Shown here: one piece after another, positions 54,698-64,000 of the stretch | How positions within the stretch are numbered: position 1 is the first letter of the stretch | Layout of the letters: the number at the start of each line of letters is the position of its first letter | Assembly: GCA_963829105.1 (NCBI GenBank) | Contig: CAWHHF010000018.1 | Location: 41,374 to 105,373, forward strand | Source: an uncultured Chloroflexia bacterium | GTDB lineage: Bacteria > Chloroflexota > Limnocylindria > Limnocylindrales > CSP1-4 | Direction: 5' to 3' | DNA: 64,000 bases | The notes under the pieces: model-generated | The model's input: the letters and a program-made list of their open reading frames with translations, nothing else | Databases searched by the model: none | What the model was told of the DNA's origin: nothing | Made by a program: the position numbers and the translations under genes

Positions 54698-55420
54698 ATG
54701 CGCGTCGCGGTCCTGTCCGACATCCACGCCAACCTCCCGGCCCTCGAGGCCGTGCTCGCGGCCATGCCCTCGGTGGACGAGGTGTGGCAGCTGGGCGACA
54801 TCGTCGGCTACGGGCCCGAGCCGGACGGGGTGGTGGCACGGCTCCGCGAGGTCGGTGCGCTCGGCGTGCGCGGCAACCACGACACCGCGGCGCTCGGTGG
54901 TCCGGAGATCGAGTCGTTCAACGTGGATGCCCGCAACGCGATGCTGTGGACGCGGGCGACGATCAGCGACGAGACGAGGGCATGGCTCGGCTCGCTGCCG
55001 GACCGGCTCGAGCGAGACGGCTTCACGCTGGTCCACGGGAGCCCGAGGGACCCCATCTGGGAATACGTCACCTCGACGCCGGTGGCCAGGGCGGGGATCG
55101 CCGCGATGGACACGCCCTGTGGCCTTCACGGTCACACCCACATCCCGATCGCCTACCTGGAGGACGACGGCCAGCTCGAGACGATGAGCCCGGGCTCCGG
55201 CTCGCGGCTCGCCTTCGACGGCCGCCGGGTGCTGCTCAACCCGGGCAGCGTCGGTCAGCCGCGGGACGGAATCCCCGCCGCATCGTGGCTGATGCTCGAC
55301 ACGGGCGAGGGCTCGGCCACCTGGCGGCGGACGGTCTACGACGTGGCCTCGGTGCAGGGCGCGATGAGCCGGCTGAAGCTCCCGGAGCGGCTCGTCGCCC
55401 GCCTGGCGTACGGACTCTGA
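54698..55420 (+). CDS. Metallophosphoesterase (YfcE/MJ0936-like calcineurin-fold phosphodiesterase)
   Basis: ATG 54698. Product MRVAVLSDIHANLPALEAVL...QLGDIVGYGPEP...VRGNHD...VHGSPRDP...GHTHIP.... Confidence 0.88.
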   Translation: MRVAVLSDIHANLPALEAVLAAMPSVDEVWQLGDIVGYGPEPDGVVARLREVGALGVRGNHDTAALGGPEIESFNVDARNAMLWTRATISDETRAWLGSLPDRLERDGFTLVHGSPRDPIWEYVTSTPVARAGIAAMDTPCGLHGHTHIPIAYLEDDGQLETMSPGSGSRLAFDGRRVLLNPGSVGQPRDGIPAASWLMLDTGEGSATWRRTVYDVASVQGAMSRLKLPERLVARLAYGL

Positions 55421-55540
55421 TGACGGGCGGGCGTCGCTGATGGGGGCGGGCGGAAGTGTGACGCGTACCGTATCGTCCCTCCGGTACGAGAGAGCGGGCA
55501 GGAACCTGTCCATCCCCACGAGGTCGCCCAACACCAGCCC

Positions 55541-57614
55541 ATGATCGGAGGACGCAAGCCCATCCAGGGCCGCAAGCCCGCGGACCGGCGGATCCGGGTG
55601 GAGCGCCCACACTCCGCCTTCTTCCGCTACACGGGGCCCGGCCAGCTGGTCGCGAAGCCCGCCGCCTCCAGGCCGACGACGCCGCTCGGGGCCGCCCTGT
55701 CGCGGATCAAGCAGGCGGTGTTCGGACGCCCCCTCGCGAACGAGGAGGAGATCGGCGAGCGGCTGCCCAAGAAGCTTGCGCTCCCCATCTTCAGCTCGGA
55801 CGCGATCAGCTCGTCCGCCTACGCCACCGACGAGATCCTGAGGGTCCTCGTCCTCGCGGGCGCCAGCGCCCTGTACATCTCGGTCGAGGTCGCGGTCGCG
55901 ATCACGGTCCTGCTGACGGTCGTCTCGTTCTCGTACCGCCAGGTCTGCCGCGCCTACCCGTCCGGCGGTGGGGCGTACATCGTGGCGCGCGAGAACCTGT
56001 CCCAGACCGCCGGCCTCGTGGCGGCCGCCGCCCTGTTCATCGACTACATCATGACCGTGGCCGTGTCCACGGCGTCGGCGGTGTCCCAGGCCTACTCCGT
56101 CTGGCCCGCGCTGTACGACATCCGGATCGAGATCGCGCTCGCCTCGATCGCCCTGATCACGGTGGCCAACCTGCGCGGGCTGCGGGAGTCGGGCAACATC
56201 TTCGCCATCCCGACCTACCTGTTCGTGGGCATGGCGCTGCTGATGATCGGGCTCGGGATCGGGCACATCGTGACCGGCACCGTGCCCGTGCTGCCGGATC
56301 CGCCCTACGTCATCAAGCCGCCGGACCCGGTCCTGCTCCTGACGCCCATCCTGCTGCTCCGGGCGTTTGCCGGCGGCGCCGTGGCCCTGACGGGCGTCGA
56401 GGCGATCGCCAACGGCGTGCCGGCCTTCAAGCCGCCGGAGTCGAAGAACGCGGCCAACACGATGACGATGATGGCCATTCTCCTCGGGGTCCTGTTCATC
56501 GGGATCACGTTCGTCGGCAACCGGTTCGGGATCCAGCCCACGACCGAGGCCGGGCCGACGGCCATCGCCCAGGTGTCCAGCGCGGTGTTCGGGGCCGGGT
56601 CGCCGGTGTTCGTCCTGTTCCAGGTCGCGACGGCCCTGATCCTGTTCCTGGCCGTCAATACGAGCTTCAACGCGTTCCCCCGGCTGGCCGCCATCCTGGC
56701 CGACGACGGGTTCATGCCGCGCCAGTTCAGCATCCGCGGCGACCGGCTCGCGTTCTCGTGGGGGATCGTCGTCCTCGCCGGGGTGGCGGCCACGCTGCTC
56801 GTCTACTTCCAGGGCGACGTCCACCTCCTGATCCCGCTCTACTCGGTGGGCGTGTTCGTCTGCTTCACCCTGTCCCAGGTCGGCATGGTGCGCCACTGGC
56901 TGACGGTCAAGGAGACCGGGTGGCGCTGGCGGCTGACGGTCAACGCGGTGGGCGCGGTCCTGACCTTCGTCGTGCTGGTGGTCGTCGTCGTCGGTGAAGT
57001 TCACCTCGGGCGCCTACCTCGTGCTGGTGCTCATCCCGATCCTGGTCGCCCTGATGCTGTTCATCAACCGGCAGTACGCCGCATCGGCGCGCCAGCTCGC
57101 CGTCCGCCCCGACTTCGTCGTGCCGCCGCCCGGCCGCGAGGAGCGCGCGATCATCCCCGTGCCGGCGCTCAATCGCGCGGTGGTGCGGGCGGTCAACGTC
57201 GCCCGCTCGATCTCCGAGGAGGTCCTCGCGGTCTACATCAGCGACGATCCCGAGGACTCGGCCGCGATGCGCGCCCTGTGGGAGCGCCAGGTGCCGGGTG
57301 TCTCCCTCGTCATCGTGGAGTCGCCGTACCGGGCGCTGGCCGGGCCCCTGATGGCCTACCTGGACGTCCTCGACCGGGCGTGGCCTCCCGACAAGCCGGA
57401 GCCGATCACGTTCATCGTCATCCCCGAGTACGTCGCCCGCAACTGGTGGGAGCGGATCCTGTACAACCAGTCGGCGCGCCAGCTCCGGCGGGTGCTGCTC
57501 GGCCGGCCCCACACCGTGGTCGTGGACGTCCCCTACCGCCGGGACGAGCCGCGCAAGTTCGGGGGCGCGGGTCACGATGCCGACGTCGACGACGGCGGAC
57601 ACCGGGCCGCATGA
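55541..57614 (+). pseudogene. APC-superfamily permease with C-terminal cytoplasmic domain (M. tuberculosis Rv2690c-like; possibly a KimA-type K+ transporter), frame-disrupted as assembled near 56990-56996
   Basis: ...LPIFSSDAISSSAYATDEIL...AYPSGGGAYIVARENL...TGVEAIANGVPAFK... through ...TFVVLVVVVV, then +1 into KFTSGAYLVLVLIPILVALMLFINRQY...VYISDDPEDSAAMRALWE...FIVIPEYVARNWWERILYNQSA (track ORF 56994..57614). Confidence 0.8.
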
Positions 57615-57717
57615 CCCGCCGGAGGGCTGGCCGGTGGTATCGTGACCGGCGCGTCGGGTCGGCCGAGGGTCGGCCGTGACCAGCCGTTCCCACGCTTGAC
57701 TGGAGGCTCCTGAACTC

Positions 57718-58176
57718 GTGGCCGACTCGCCGGCACCGCAATTCCGGCGTGCCGTCATCGCCCTGTCGGGCGCCCGGACGGATCGGCCGATCGTGGCGCT
57801 GGCAGCCGAGCTCGCGCGGACTGGCCACGCGGAGCTGGTCGGCGTCCACGTCGTCGAGATCGACTGGACGCTCCCGCTCAACGCCGACGTGGCCGGCCGG
57901 TCCGAGGACGCCCAGCGCGTCCTCGACATCGCCGAGACGACCGCCGAGGCGTCACGCTACCGGCTCGAGACCGTGCTGCTGCAGGCTCGCGACGTCGGCG
58001 CCGCCATCGTGGACGAGGCGAGCGAGCGGAGGGCCGACCTGATCATCGCGGGGCTGCCGTTCCGGCGCCGGTTCGGCGGGGACTTCACGATCGGCCGAAC
58101 CATCCCGTACATCCTGAAGAACGCCCCCTGCGGGGTCTGGGTCATCCGCGAGGCGATGCCCGAGGAGCAAGCATGA
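57718..58176 (+). CDS. Universal stress protein (UspA family)
   Basis: 152-aa ORF with ...LVGVHVVEI...IVDEASERRADLIIAGLPFRRRFGGDFTIGRTIPYILKNAPCGVWVI. Confidence 0.85.
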   Translation: MADSPAPQFRRAVIALSGARTDRPIVALAAELARTGHAELVGVHVVEIDWTLPLNADVAGRSEDAQRVLDIAETTAEASRYRLETVLLQARDVGAAIVDEASERRADLIIAGLPFRRRFGGDFTIGRTIPYILKNAPCGVWVIREAMPEEQA

Positions 58177-58682
58177 AAGCCGTCATCGTCGGCTGTGGTC
58201 GAGTCGGAGCCGGTCTGGCCGACGAGCTCGACCGCGCCGGCTGGCAGGTCCTGATCATCGACCGGGTCACGGCCGCCTTCGACCGGTTGCCGTCGTCGTT
58301 CGGCGGAACCGCGCTGCGGGGCGACGGGACCGACGAGGACACGCTGCGGCGTGCCGGCGCCGGGGGGGCCGACCTGTTCCTCGCCCTCACCGAGGGCGAC
58401 AACCGGAACATCATGGCGGCCCAGCTGGGCCTCGAGGCACTGGGCGCGCGCTCGACGATGGCCAAGTGCAACGATCCGGTGCGCGCCGAGGCATACGCCC
58501 ACCTGGGCATCGCCACGGTCTGCCGCACCAACCTGATGATGACCGCCATCCTGGAGCACCTGGGTCAGGCCGCGCCGGCCCTGGCCGGCATCTACCCGCC
58601 GAAGGGCCACCACGATCACGGGGCCGACGCGACGGCCGCCGAGGGCGGCGTCACTCGCGGCGCGTCCGCGAAGGAGGCCTGA
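58173..58682 (+). CDS. TrkA-N (NAD-binding) K+ transport regulatory protein (CeoB-like)
   Basis: MKAVIVGCGRVGAGLADELDRAGWQVLIIDRV...TEGDNRNIMAAQL.... 4-nt overlap with usp. Confidence 0.85.
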   Translation: MKAVIVGCGRVGAGLADELDRAGWQVLIIDRVTAAFDRLPSSFGGTALRGDGTDEDTLRRAGAGGADLFLALTEGDNRNIMAAQLGLEALGARSTMAKCNDPVRAEAYAHLGIATVCRTNLMMTAILEHLGQAAPALAGIYPPKGHHDHGADATAAEGGVTRGASAKEA

Positions 58683-58685
58683 GCG

Positions 58686-59357
58686 ATGTTCGTGCTGGTC
58701 GTGGGTGGCGGCAAGGTCGGGTACTACCTGACCAAGGAGCTGATCGAGTCGGGGCACGAGGTCGCCCTGATGGAGAAGGACCGGGCTCGCGCGGAACAGA
58801 TCCGCGACGAGATCGGGTCGGTGGTGATCGGGCAGGACGGGTGCGAGGGCAAGTACCTCCACGAGGCCGGGGCGAACCGGGCGGACATCGTGGCCGCGGT
58901 CACCGGCGATGACGAGGACAACCTCGTCATCTGCCAGATGGCGAAGCACCACTTCGACGTCCGGCGGACGATCGCCCGGGTCAACAACCCGAAGAACGAG
59001 GCGCTGTTCCGGCACCTCGGCGTGGACGAGATCATCAGCCCCACGCGGATGATCCTGGGCTCGATCGAGCAGGACATCCCGGTCCACGAGCTGCTCCACC
59101 TCGCGGCCCTCGGCGTGGGCGAGCTGGAGATCATCGAGGCGCACCTGCAGGCGGGCTCGCCGGCGATCGGGAAGGTCGCCTTCGACCTCACGGTGCCCAA
59201 GGGCTGCTCGCTGTTCGGGGTTATCCGGGAGGGTGTGCCGACGCCGCTCCGCATGGACACGATCCTTGCCGCGGGAGACAAGGTGATCGCGATCGGGCGG
59301 CCCGACTGCGAGGCGGCGCTCCGGGACCAGCTCATCGGGGAGTACGAGGAGGCCTGA
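58686..59357 (+). CDS. trkA: TrkA-type K+ transport regulatory protein (TrkA-N + TrkA-C; CeoC-like)
   Basis: MFVLVVGGGKVGYYLTKELIESGHEVALMEKD...GDDEDNLVICQMAK... and a C-terminal RCK_C-like region ...ELEIIEAHLQAGSPAIGKVAFDL...VIREGVPTPLRMDTILAAGDKVIAIG. Confidence 0.88.
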   Translation: MFVLVVGGGKVGYYLTKELIESGHEVALMEKDRARAEQIRDEIGSVVIGQDGCEGKYLHEAGANRADIVAAVTGDDEDNLVICQMAKHHFDVRRTIARVNNPKNEALFRHLGVDEIISPTRMILGSIEQDIPVHELLHLAALGVGELEIIEAHLQAGSPAIGKVAFDLTVPKGCSLFGVIREGVPTPLRMDTILAAGDKVIAIGRPDCEAALRDQLIGEYEEA

Positions 59358-59458
59358 TCCGCGGCGCGGGCGGTGGACCGGAGACGGCGCTTGACCGGAA
59401 CCCTTGGCCCTGGATCGGGATCCGGGCGACTTCGGCGGGGCTGTTCGTGCGAGCGCCG

Positions 59459-60136
59459 TCAGCGCCGTCGCACGGTCGCCAGCCAGGCATGCACCCGGCC
59501 CACCGGGAGCCGGGTCTCCAGCACCTCCGGCTCGATCGCCTCGATGCGCCACCCGTCGGCGGCGACGAACGAGCACCTGAGCATCGTCCGGGTGATGCGC
59601 TGCGGCCCGTAGCCGAAGGGATTGCGCGCGCTCCAGGCGATGACGAGCGCCCGACCGCCCGGGCGCACGACCGCGGCCAGCGACCGTGCGTAGCGACGCC
59701 GCTCGTCGGGCTGCAGGGCGTGGAACAGGCCCACGTCGAGTGCCGTGTCGAATGGTCCGCCGAGACCCTCGCCGCCCGGCTCGTCCAGCGTCAGGGCGTC
59801 GCGCACGAGGAACCGGGCCCGGATCCCGAGGCCCGCGGCCGCGGCCGTCGCCCTCTCGATCGCCCGGGGCGCGATGTCCACCCCGACGACGCGGTGACCA
59901 CGGGCCGCGAGCAGCAGGGCGTGCGCTCCGGTGCCCGTGCCGGCATCGAGGACGGAGCCCGCGAAGGCGCCCCGCTCGAGCAGCCGCATGACCGCCCCCT
60001 GGGGACGTCCGATGTCCCAGGTCGGGGTGCCCTCGTAGGCGGTGTCCCAGGCGGTCACACGGTGGCCCTCGCTGGATCCCCCGGAGCCCGGATAGCCGGA
60101 ACGGGCGCCGTCCGCGCTGGCCGGCGCCCGTTCCAT
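59459..60136 (-). CDS. Class I SAM-dependent methyltransferase
   Basis: 225-aa ORF with ...SVLDAGTGTGAHALLLAARGHRVVGVDIAPRAIE.... Confidence 0.85.
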   Translation of the reverse strand: MERAPASADGARSGYPGSGGSSEGHRVTAWDTAYEGTPTWDIGRPQGAVMRLLERGAFAGSVLDAGTGTGAHALLLAARGHRVVGVDIAPRAIERATAAAAGLGIRARFLVRDALTLDEPGGEGLGGPFDTALDVGLFHALQPDERRRYARSLAAVVRPGGRALVIAWSARNPFGYGPQRITRTMLRCSFVAADGWRIEAIEPEVLETRLPVGRVHAWLATVRRR

Positions 60137-60163
60137 CCGTCGGTGGACGGAGGTTGAGAGAGG

Positions 60164-61159
60164 CTAGAAGATCCGGTTCGCCACCTCGGCCGGAGCGAGG
60201 AGGAGGTCCTTGAGCTCGGCGTCCACCTTCAGCAGGGAGATGTGCGCGCCCGCCATCTCGAGGGACGTGCAGTACTCGCCGACATAGCTGCGGAAGACGG
60301 TGATGCCCTTGGCGGCCAGCTTCTTGTGGGCGGCACCGTAGAGCAGGTAGAGCTCGCTGATCGGCGTCCCGCCCAGGCCGTTGACCATGAGCGCGACCTC
60401 GTCGCCGGCCTTGAACGGCAGGTCGGGCACGATCGCGTTGAGGAGCAGGTCGACGATCTCGTCGGCCGTTCCCATCTTGCGCCGCTCGCGGCCCGGCTCG
60501 CCGTGGATGCCGATGCCGACCTCCATCTCGCCGTCCGCGATCTCGAACAGCGGGGTGCCGCGGGTGGGCGGGGTGCAGGAGGACAGGGCGACGCCCATCG
60601 TCCGGACCTGCCCGATGACCTTCTCGCCGACCCGGACGCACTCCTCGAGTGAGCCGCCCTTGTCGGCCATGGCCGCCGCGGCCTTGATGACGAAGAAGTT
60701 GCCGGCCACGCCGCGCCGGCCGATCGTCCAGGTCGAGTCCTTGACCGCGACGTCGTCGTTGACGAGCAGGTAGCCGATCTTCTGGCCCTCGGCCTCGCAC
60801 AGCTCCCTCGCCATCTCCCACGCGGTGCGGTCGCCCGTGTAGTTGTTGACGATGAACAGCACGCCGGCCGGGGTGTCCATCAGCTTGGACGTCTCGGTGA
60901 CGAACTCGACGGGCGGGCCGGCGAACACGTCCCCGGGGCAGGCGGCGTCGAGCATGCCCGGCCCGACGATCATGGTGTGGGCCGGCTCGTGGCCGGACCC
61001 GGAGCCCTGGATGATCGACACCCGGTCCTTCTTCGGCATGTCGGCCCGGTAGATCAGGTTGTACTTGGGCTCGAACTTGAGCGAGCCCCCCGATGCCAGG
61101 GTGACGCCCTCGAGGAACTCGGTGACGAACGTCTTCGGATCGTTCAGAAATTTCCTCAT
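60164..61159 (-). CDS. dhaK: Dihydroxyacetone kinase, DhaK (substrate-binding) subunit
   Basis: ATG 61159 (ATGA overlap with the dhaL stop). Product MRKFLNDPKTFVTEFLEG...VSIIQGSGSGHEPAH...GMLDAACPGDVFAGPP.... Confidence 0.92.
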   Translation of the reverse strand: MRKFLNDPKTFVTEFLEGVTLASGGSLKFEPKYNLIYRADMPKKDRVSIIQGSGSGHEPAHTMIVGPGMLDAACPGDVFAGPPVEFVTETSKLMDTPAGVLFIVNNYTGDRTAWEMARELCEAEGQKIGYLLVNDDVAVKDSTWTIGRRGVAGNFFVIKAAAAMADKGGSLEECVRVGEKVIGQVRTMGVALSSCTPPTRGTPLFEIADGEMEVGIGIHGEPGRERRKMGTADEIVDLLLNAIVPDLPFKAGDEVALMVNGLGGTPISELYLLYGAAHKKLAAKGITVFRSYVGEYCTSLEMAGAHISLLKVDAELKDLLLAPAEVANRIF

Positions 61160-61827
61160 GCCGTTTCTCCCTGTCCGTACTTCTCGCGCCAAGCGGCGCT
61201 GATGGCCTGGAGGATCACGCCGACCGCGGTGGCGCCGGCGTCCACGGAGCCGATGCTCCGTTCGCCCGTGTACGCGGCCCGGCCGCGCATCGCGAGCATC
61301 GACTTGGTCTCCTCGGCCGCCGTGACGGCGACGTCGGCGGCTCGCTGGAGCGCGGCCACCCCGTGGTCGCCCTGCATCGCCGGGTCACCGATCGCCGCCT
61401 CGAGGCTGTCGGTTGCCGGGACGAGGGCGTCGAGGAGCGTCTTCTCGCCGAGCGAGGCACCGCCCCGGGCCATGATCCCGGCGATCGAGGCTCGCAGCAT
61501 CGCGATGACGTCCTCGGGTGCCAGCTCCGTCCTGTCGCCCGCGGTCGCGCCGGCACGCAGGAACGCCGTGCCCCAGATGGGCCCGCTCACGCCCCCGACC
61601 TTGCCGGAGATGACAAGGCCGACCTTCTTGAGCACGGACCCGACGCTCGACCGGTCGAACGTGTCGTAGTCGCTGACGACGACCTCGAAGCCGTTGCGCA
61701 GCGAGTACCCGAAGTCGCCGTCGCCGACGATCGAGTCCAGCTGTGCGAAGTAGTCCGCGTTGTCGACGATCGTCCGGGCCATCGTCTGCACGACGAGGTC
61801 AACGTCCTCGAGCGACGATTGCGCCAT
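61156..61827 (-). CDS. dhaL: Dihydroxyacetone kinase, DhaL (ADP-binding) subunit
   Basis: 223-aa ORF with ...YFAQLDSIVGDGDFGYSLRNGF...GGVSGPIWGTAF...GEKTLLDALVPA...RGRAAYTGERSIGSVDAGA.... Confidence 0.9.
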   Translation of the reverse strand: MAQSSLEDVDLVVQTMARTIVDNADYFAQLDSIVGDGDFGYSLRNGFEVVVSDYDTFDRSSVGSVLKKVGLVISGKVGGVSGPIWGTAFLRAGATAGDRTELAPEDVIAMLRASIAGIMARGGASLGEKTLLDALVPATDSLEAAIGDPAMQGDHGVAALQRAADVAVTAAEETKSMLAMRGRAAYTGERSIGSVDAGATAVGVILQAISAAWREKYGQGETA

Positions 61828-61843
61828 CCGTACCTCCTTCTAG

Positions 61844-62644
61844 CTAGCTGGTCGCCTGGGCCGACGGATCCGGGGCGAGGCAGGCCTCCAGGTCGTCGAG
61901 CGTGATGTAGCTCCCCGGCCGGGCCGCGCTCCGGTTCGCGATCACGACGGTTGCCTCTCCGTCGGGGTCGCCGAGCGTGGACACGACCATGGCCGCCTCC
62001 GTGCTGTCCTCGGCCTCCGTGTAGCCGTTCACCGTCACCAGGCAGCGCAGACCGGCCCCGGTGGCGGCCAGGAGGCCGTTGCGCGAGTCCTCGACGACGA
62101 GGACGTCCGCCGGCGGCATCCCGAGCTGCTCGAGCGCGAGGAGGTAGATGTCGGGCGCCGGCTTCTTGTGTTCCACGCAGTCACCGGCGAGGAACACGTC
62201 GAACCGGCCGGCCCGCTCCGCGCCGATCGCAAAGTCGAGGATCGCGTGCACCGACGCTTCGGCCGAGGTCGAGGCGACGGCGAGCTTCCAGTCGGCGTCC
62301 TGGGCCGCGGTGATCACGCGCCGGATGCCGGGCCGCGGCGGCAGGCTGCCGGCGGCGACCATCTCCGTGTAGATCTGGGTCTTGCGCTTGTGCCACCGGG
62401 CGACCTCGGCCGCCTGTGCCTCGGGGGTCGTGGGCAGGCCGGCGGCCGTCACGAACTCGGGCGTCAGCAGGCTCGCCATCCGCTCCTTGCCGCCGCCGAT
62501 CTTGAGCCGCCGCCCGTACTCCTCGACCGACCACTCGACGGGGAGACCGAACTCGCGGAAGGTCTGGTTGAAGGCCGGCAGGTGCCCGTAGCGCTCGGTG
62601 TCGGCCAGCACGCCGTCGCAGTCGAAGATGAGCGCCTTCACCAT
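61844..62644 (-). CDS. HAD-superfamily hydrolase (beta-phosphoglucomutase/CbbY-like phosphatase)
   Basis: ATG 62644. Product MVKALIFDCDGVLADTE...LAVASTSAEASV...KKPAPDIYLLALEQLG...VVEDSRNGLLAATGAGL.... Confidence 0.85.
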   Translation of the reverse strand: MVKALIFDCDGVLADTERYGHLPAFNQTFREFGLPVEWSVEEYGRRLKIGGGKERMASLLTPEFVTAAGLPTTPEAQAAEVARWHKRKTQIYTEMVAAGSLPPRPGIRRVITAAQDADWKLAVASTSAEASVHAILDFAIGAERAGRFDVFLAGDCVEHKKPAPDIYLLALEQLGMPPADVLVVEDSRNGLLAATGAGLRCLVTVNGYTEAEDSTEAAMVVSTLGDPDGEATVVIANRSAARPGSYITLDDLEACLAPDPSAQATS

Positions 62645-63489
62645 GCCTTGCCTTCGCTCCCGAACATCCGGATGTGGTCCTGGGCCATCTTCTTGACGGC
62701 GGCGTGCTGGACCTTCATCAGGGCCGGCGGGTCGTACTCGCCCGGGTGTGCGGTCATGTAGTCGAAGGCCGACTTCATGAACGCGATCTTGAGCGCGGTC
62801 GAGATGTTGACCTTGGCGCAGCCCCGCGAGATCAGGTCGCTGAACTGCTCCGGGCTCATGCCCGTGCCGCCGTGGAGCGCGACCGGGATCCCGGTGGCCT
62901 CGACGATGTCGGTCACGCGCTGGGCGTCGAGCGTCGGGGCGGTCTTGTAGGTTCCGTGGGCGTTGCCGATCGCAGGGGCGAACACGTCCACACCCGTCGC
63001 CCGGACGAAGTCGACCACGGTCTCCAGCGACTGGACGTGCTGCGCCTCGTCGCCGGTCATCTCCTCGGTGCGCTTGAAGCCCTCGATCTCGCCCTCGACA
63101 TGCGCGCCGTAGCGCCTCGCCTCGGCGACGACCTCGACGCACTGGCGCCGGTTCTCCTCGACCGACAGCTTCGAGGCGTCGAACAGGACCGAGTTCCAGC
63201 CCATCGCGAGGCAGTCCGAGATCACCTGGCGATCGGGGCAGTGGTCGAGGTGGAGCGCCACGGGCACCGTGACGCGCTCTGCCATCGCCGTCCACATCGC
63301 GAACATGACCTCCGTGCCGGTCATCTGCACGTGCTTGACCGAGGTCTGGAGGATGACCGGGGCGCGCAGCTCCTCGGCCGCCGCGAGGACCGCGTCCATG
63401 GTGAGGTCGTTGATGACGTTGATCGCGGCGACGCCGTAGCGCTCGGCGAACGCGCGATCGAGGATCTCCCTGGTCGAGACGACCGGCAC
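62638..63489 (-). CDS. Class II (metal-dependent) ketose-bisphosphate aldolase family protein (FbaA/GatY-like)
   Basis: GTG 63489 after GGAGG. Product ...AINVINDLTMDAVLAAAEELRAPVILQTS...VALHLDHC...GEIEG...PAIGNAHGTYK...LHGGTGMS.... Confidence 0.88.
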   Translation of the reverse strand: MPVVSTREILDRAFAERYGVAAINVINDLTMDAVLAAAEELRAPVILQTSVKHVQMTGTEVMFAMWTAMAERVTVPVALHLDHCPDRQVISDCLAMGWNSVLFDASKLSVEENRRQCVEVVAEARRYGAHVEGEIEGFKRTEEMTGDEAQHVQSLETVVDFVRATGVDVFAPAIGNAHGTYKTAPTLDAQRVTDIVEATGIPVALHGGTGMSPEQFSDLISRGCAKVNISTALKIAFMKSAFDYMTAHPGEYDPPALMKVQHAAVKKMAQDHIRMFGSEGKAW

Positions 63490-63490
63490 C

Positions 63491-64000
63491 TCACACCTCC
63501 TGCATGGGACGCATATGGGGTTCGGGCGGCACGTCCAGCAGGAAGCGGGCGTTGCCCTCGTCCACGACGAGGACGTCGACCACGCCCGTCCGCAGGGCGC
63601 CGAGGATCGCGAACGGCTTCTCGCTCTCGCTGACGACCGCGACGACGGTCCCGACGGCGTGCAGCTCCTCGATGGACAGGCCCACGAGGCGCGCCGTCTC
63701 GGCCAATTCCAGCCGCGAACCCGCCACGTCAACGTAGTTGCCGAGCAGGTCGCCGACGGCGCCGGCCAGGCGCAGGCGCCGGATCTCCTCGATGGAGAAG
63801 CAGCCGGTGCGGACCATCGTGCAGGCGTCGTCGGTCCCGCCGATGCCCACCAGCGCGATCGACGCGCCGGCGGCGACGCGCAGCGTGTCGGCGACGGCCG
63901 GCTGGCGCAGCAGCTGGTCGCGCATCTCGACGCTCTCGACGTAGGCGGGCGCGTACAGCTCAACGGCCTGGCCGCCGCAGCGGGCCGCGAGGCTCCTGAC
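63491..64000 (-). CDS. SorC/DeoR-type sugar-binding transcriptional regulator, partial (N-terminus beyond window edge)
   Basis: Open to the window edge. Product ...ASIALVGIGGTDDACTMVRTGCFSIEEIRRLRLAGAVGDLLGNYVDVAG...AVVSESEKPFAILGALRTGVVDVLVVDEGNARFLL, the typical SorC sugar-binding domain. Confidence 0.75.
   Translation of the reverse strand, partial: VRSLAARCGGQAVELYAPAYVESVEMRDQLLRQPAVADTLRVAAGASIALVGIGGTDDACTMVRTGCFSIEEIRRLRLAGAVGDLLGNYVDVAGSRLELAETARLVGLSIEELHAVGTVVAVVSESEKPFAILGALRTGVVDVLVVDEGNARFLLDVPPEPHMRPMQEV

Noticed and set aside
55421-55540. Cyclic-di-AMP (ydaO-type) riboswitch upstream of the KimA-like APC permease
   Set aside because: The gap is only 120 nt and contains one simple hairpin (CGTACCG...CGGTACG). 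I could not find the conserved ydaO motif elements.
53669-57004. 1111-aa minus-strand ORF
   Set aside because: It is antisense to rsmG, the phosphoesterase and the APC permease, all of which have clear motifs. Its composition is R/G/D/H/P-dominated.
57957-60821. 954-aa minus-strand ORF
   Set aside because: It runs antisense through usp and the two trkA genes and off-frame through the methyltransferase and dhaK genes. It has no recognisable domains.

Overview
High-GC (roughly 70% G+C by eye), actinobacterium-like chromosomal window with about 65 protein-coding genes. I found no rRNA, tRNA or CRISPR. The left half (1-31.5 kb) looks accessory. It holds two unrelated insertion sequences (IS1182/IS5-type at 1056-2909, IS110-type near 23.1-24.5 kb), two large LuxR/MalT-type ATPase regulators, two TetR paralogues and an XRE regulator. 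It also holds many small redox enzymes: four PF04075 deazaflavin/F420-type reductases, one PPOX-type protein and two MDR quinone oxidoreductases. Almost every reductase sits next to a small polytopic membrane protein (four DUF4386, two DUF6326-like). The same half carries a two-permease/two-ATPase FtsX-type ABC system and an EXLDI-protein/ABC-2 exporter operon. The middle contains an FGGY kinase / radical-SAM activase / atypical glycyl radical enzyme operon, a GGDEF+HD-GYP protein, an uncharacterised translationally coupled operon ending in a thioesterase, and acyP-holB plus a NYN nuclease-domain protein with a long disordered tail encoded partly by perfect 108-bp tandem repeats. The right half is core-like: a Liv-type ABC importer, an hpt operon, an orphan CsoR with a textbook operator, a DnaA-box cluster upstream of rsmG, a phosphoesterase, an APC permease-Usp-TrkA-TrkA cluster, and a SorC-aldolase-HAD-DhaL-DhaK cluster. 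Six genes, including essential holB, are frame-disrupted by apparent single-base indels, so assembly quality must be weighed before calling pseudogenes. All functional calls rest on my own reading of the translated ORFs and motifs; no database search was run.
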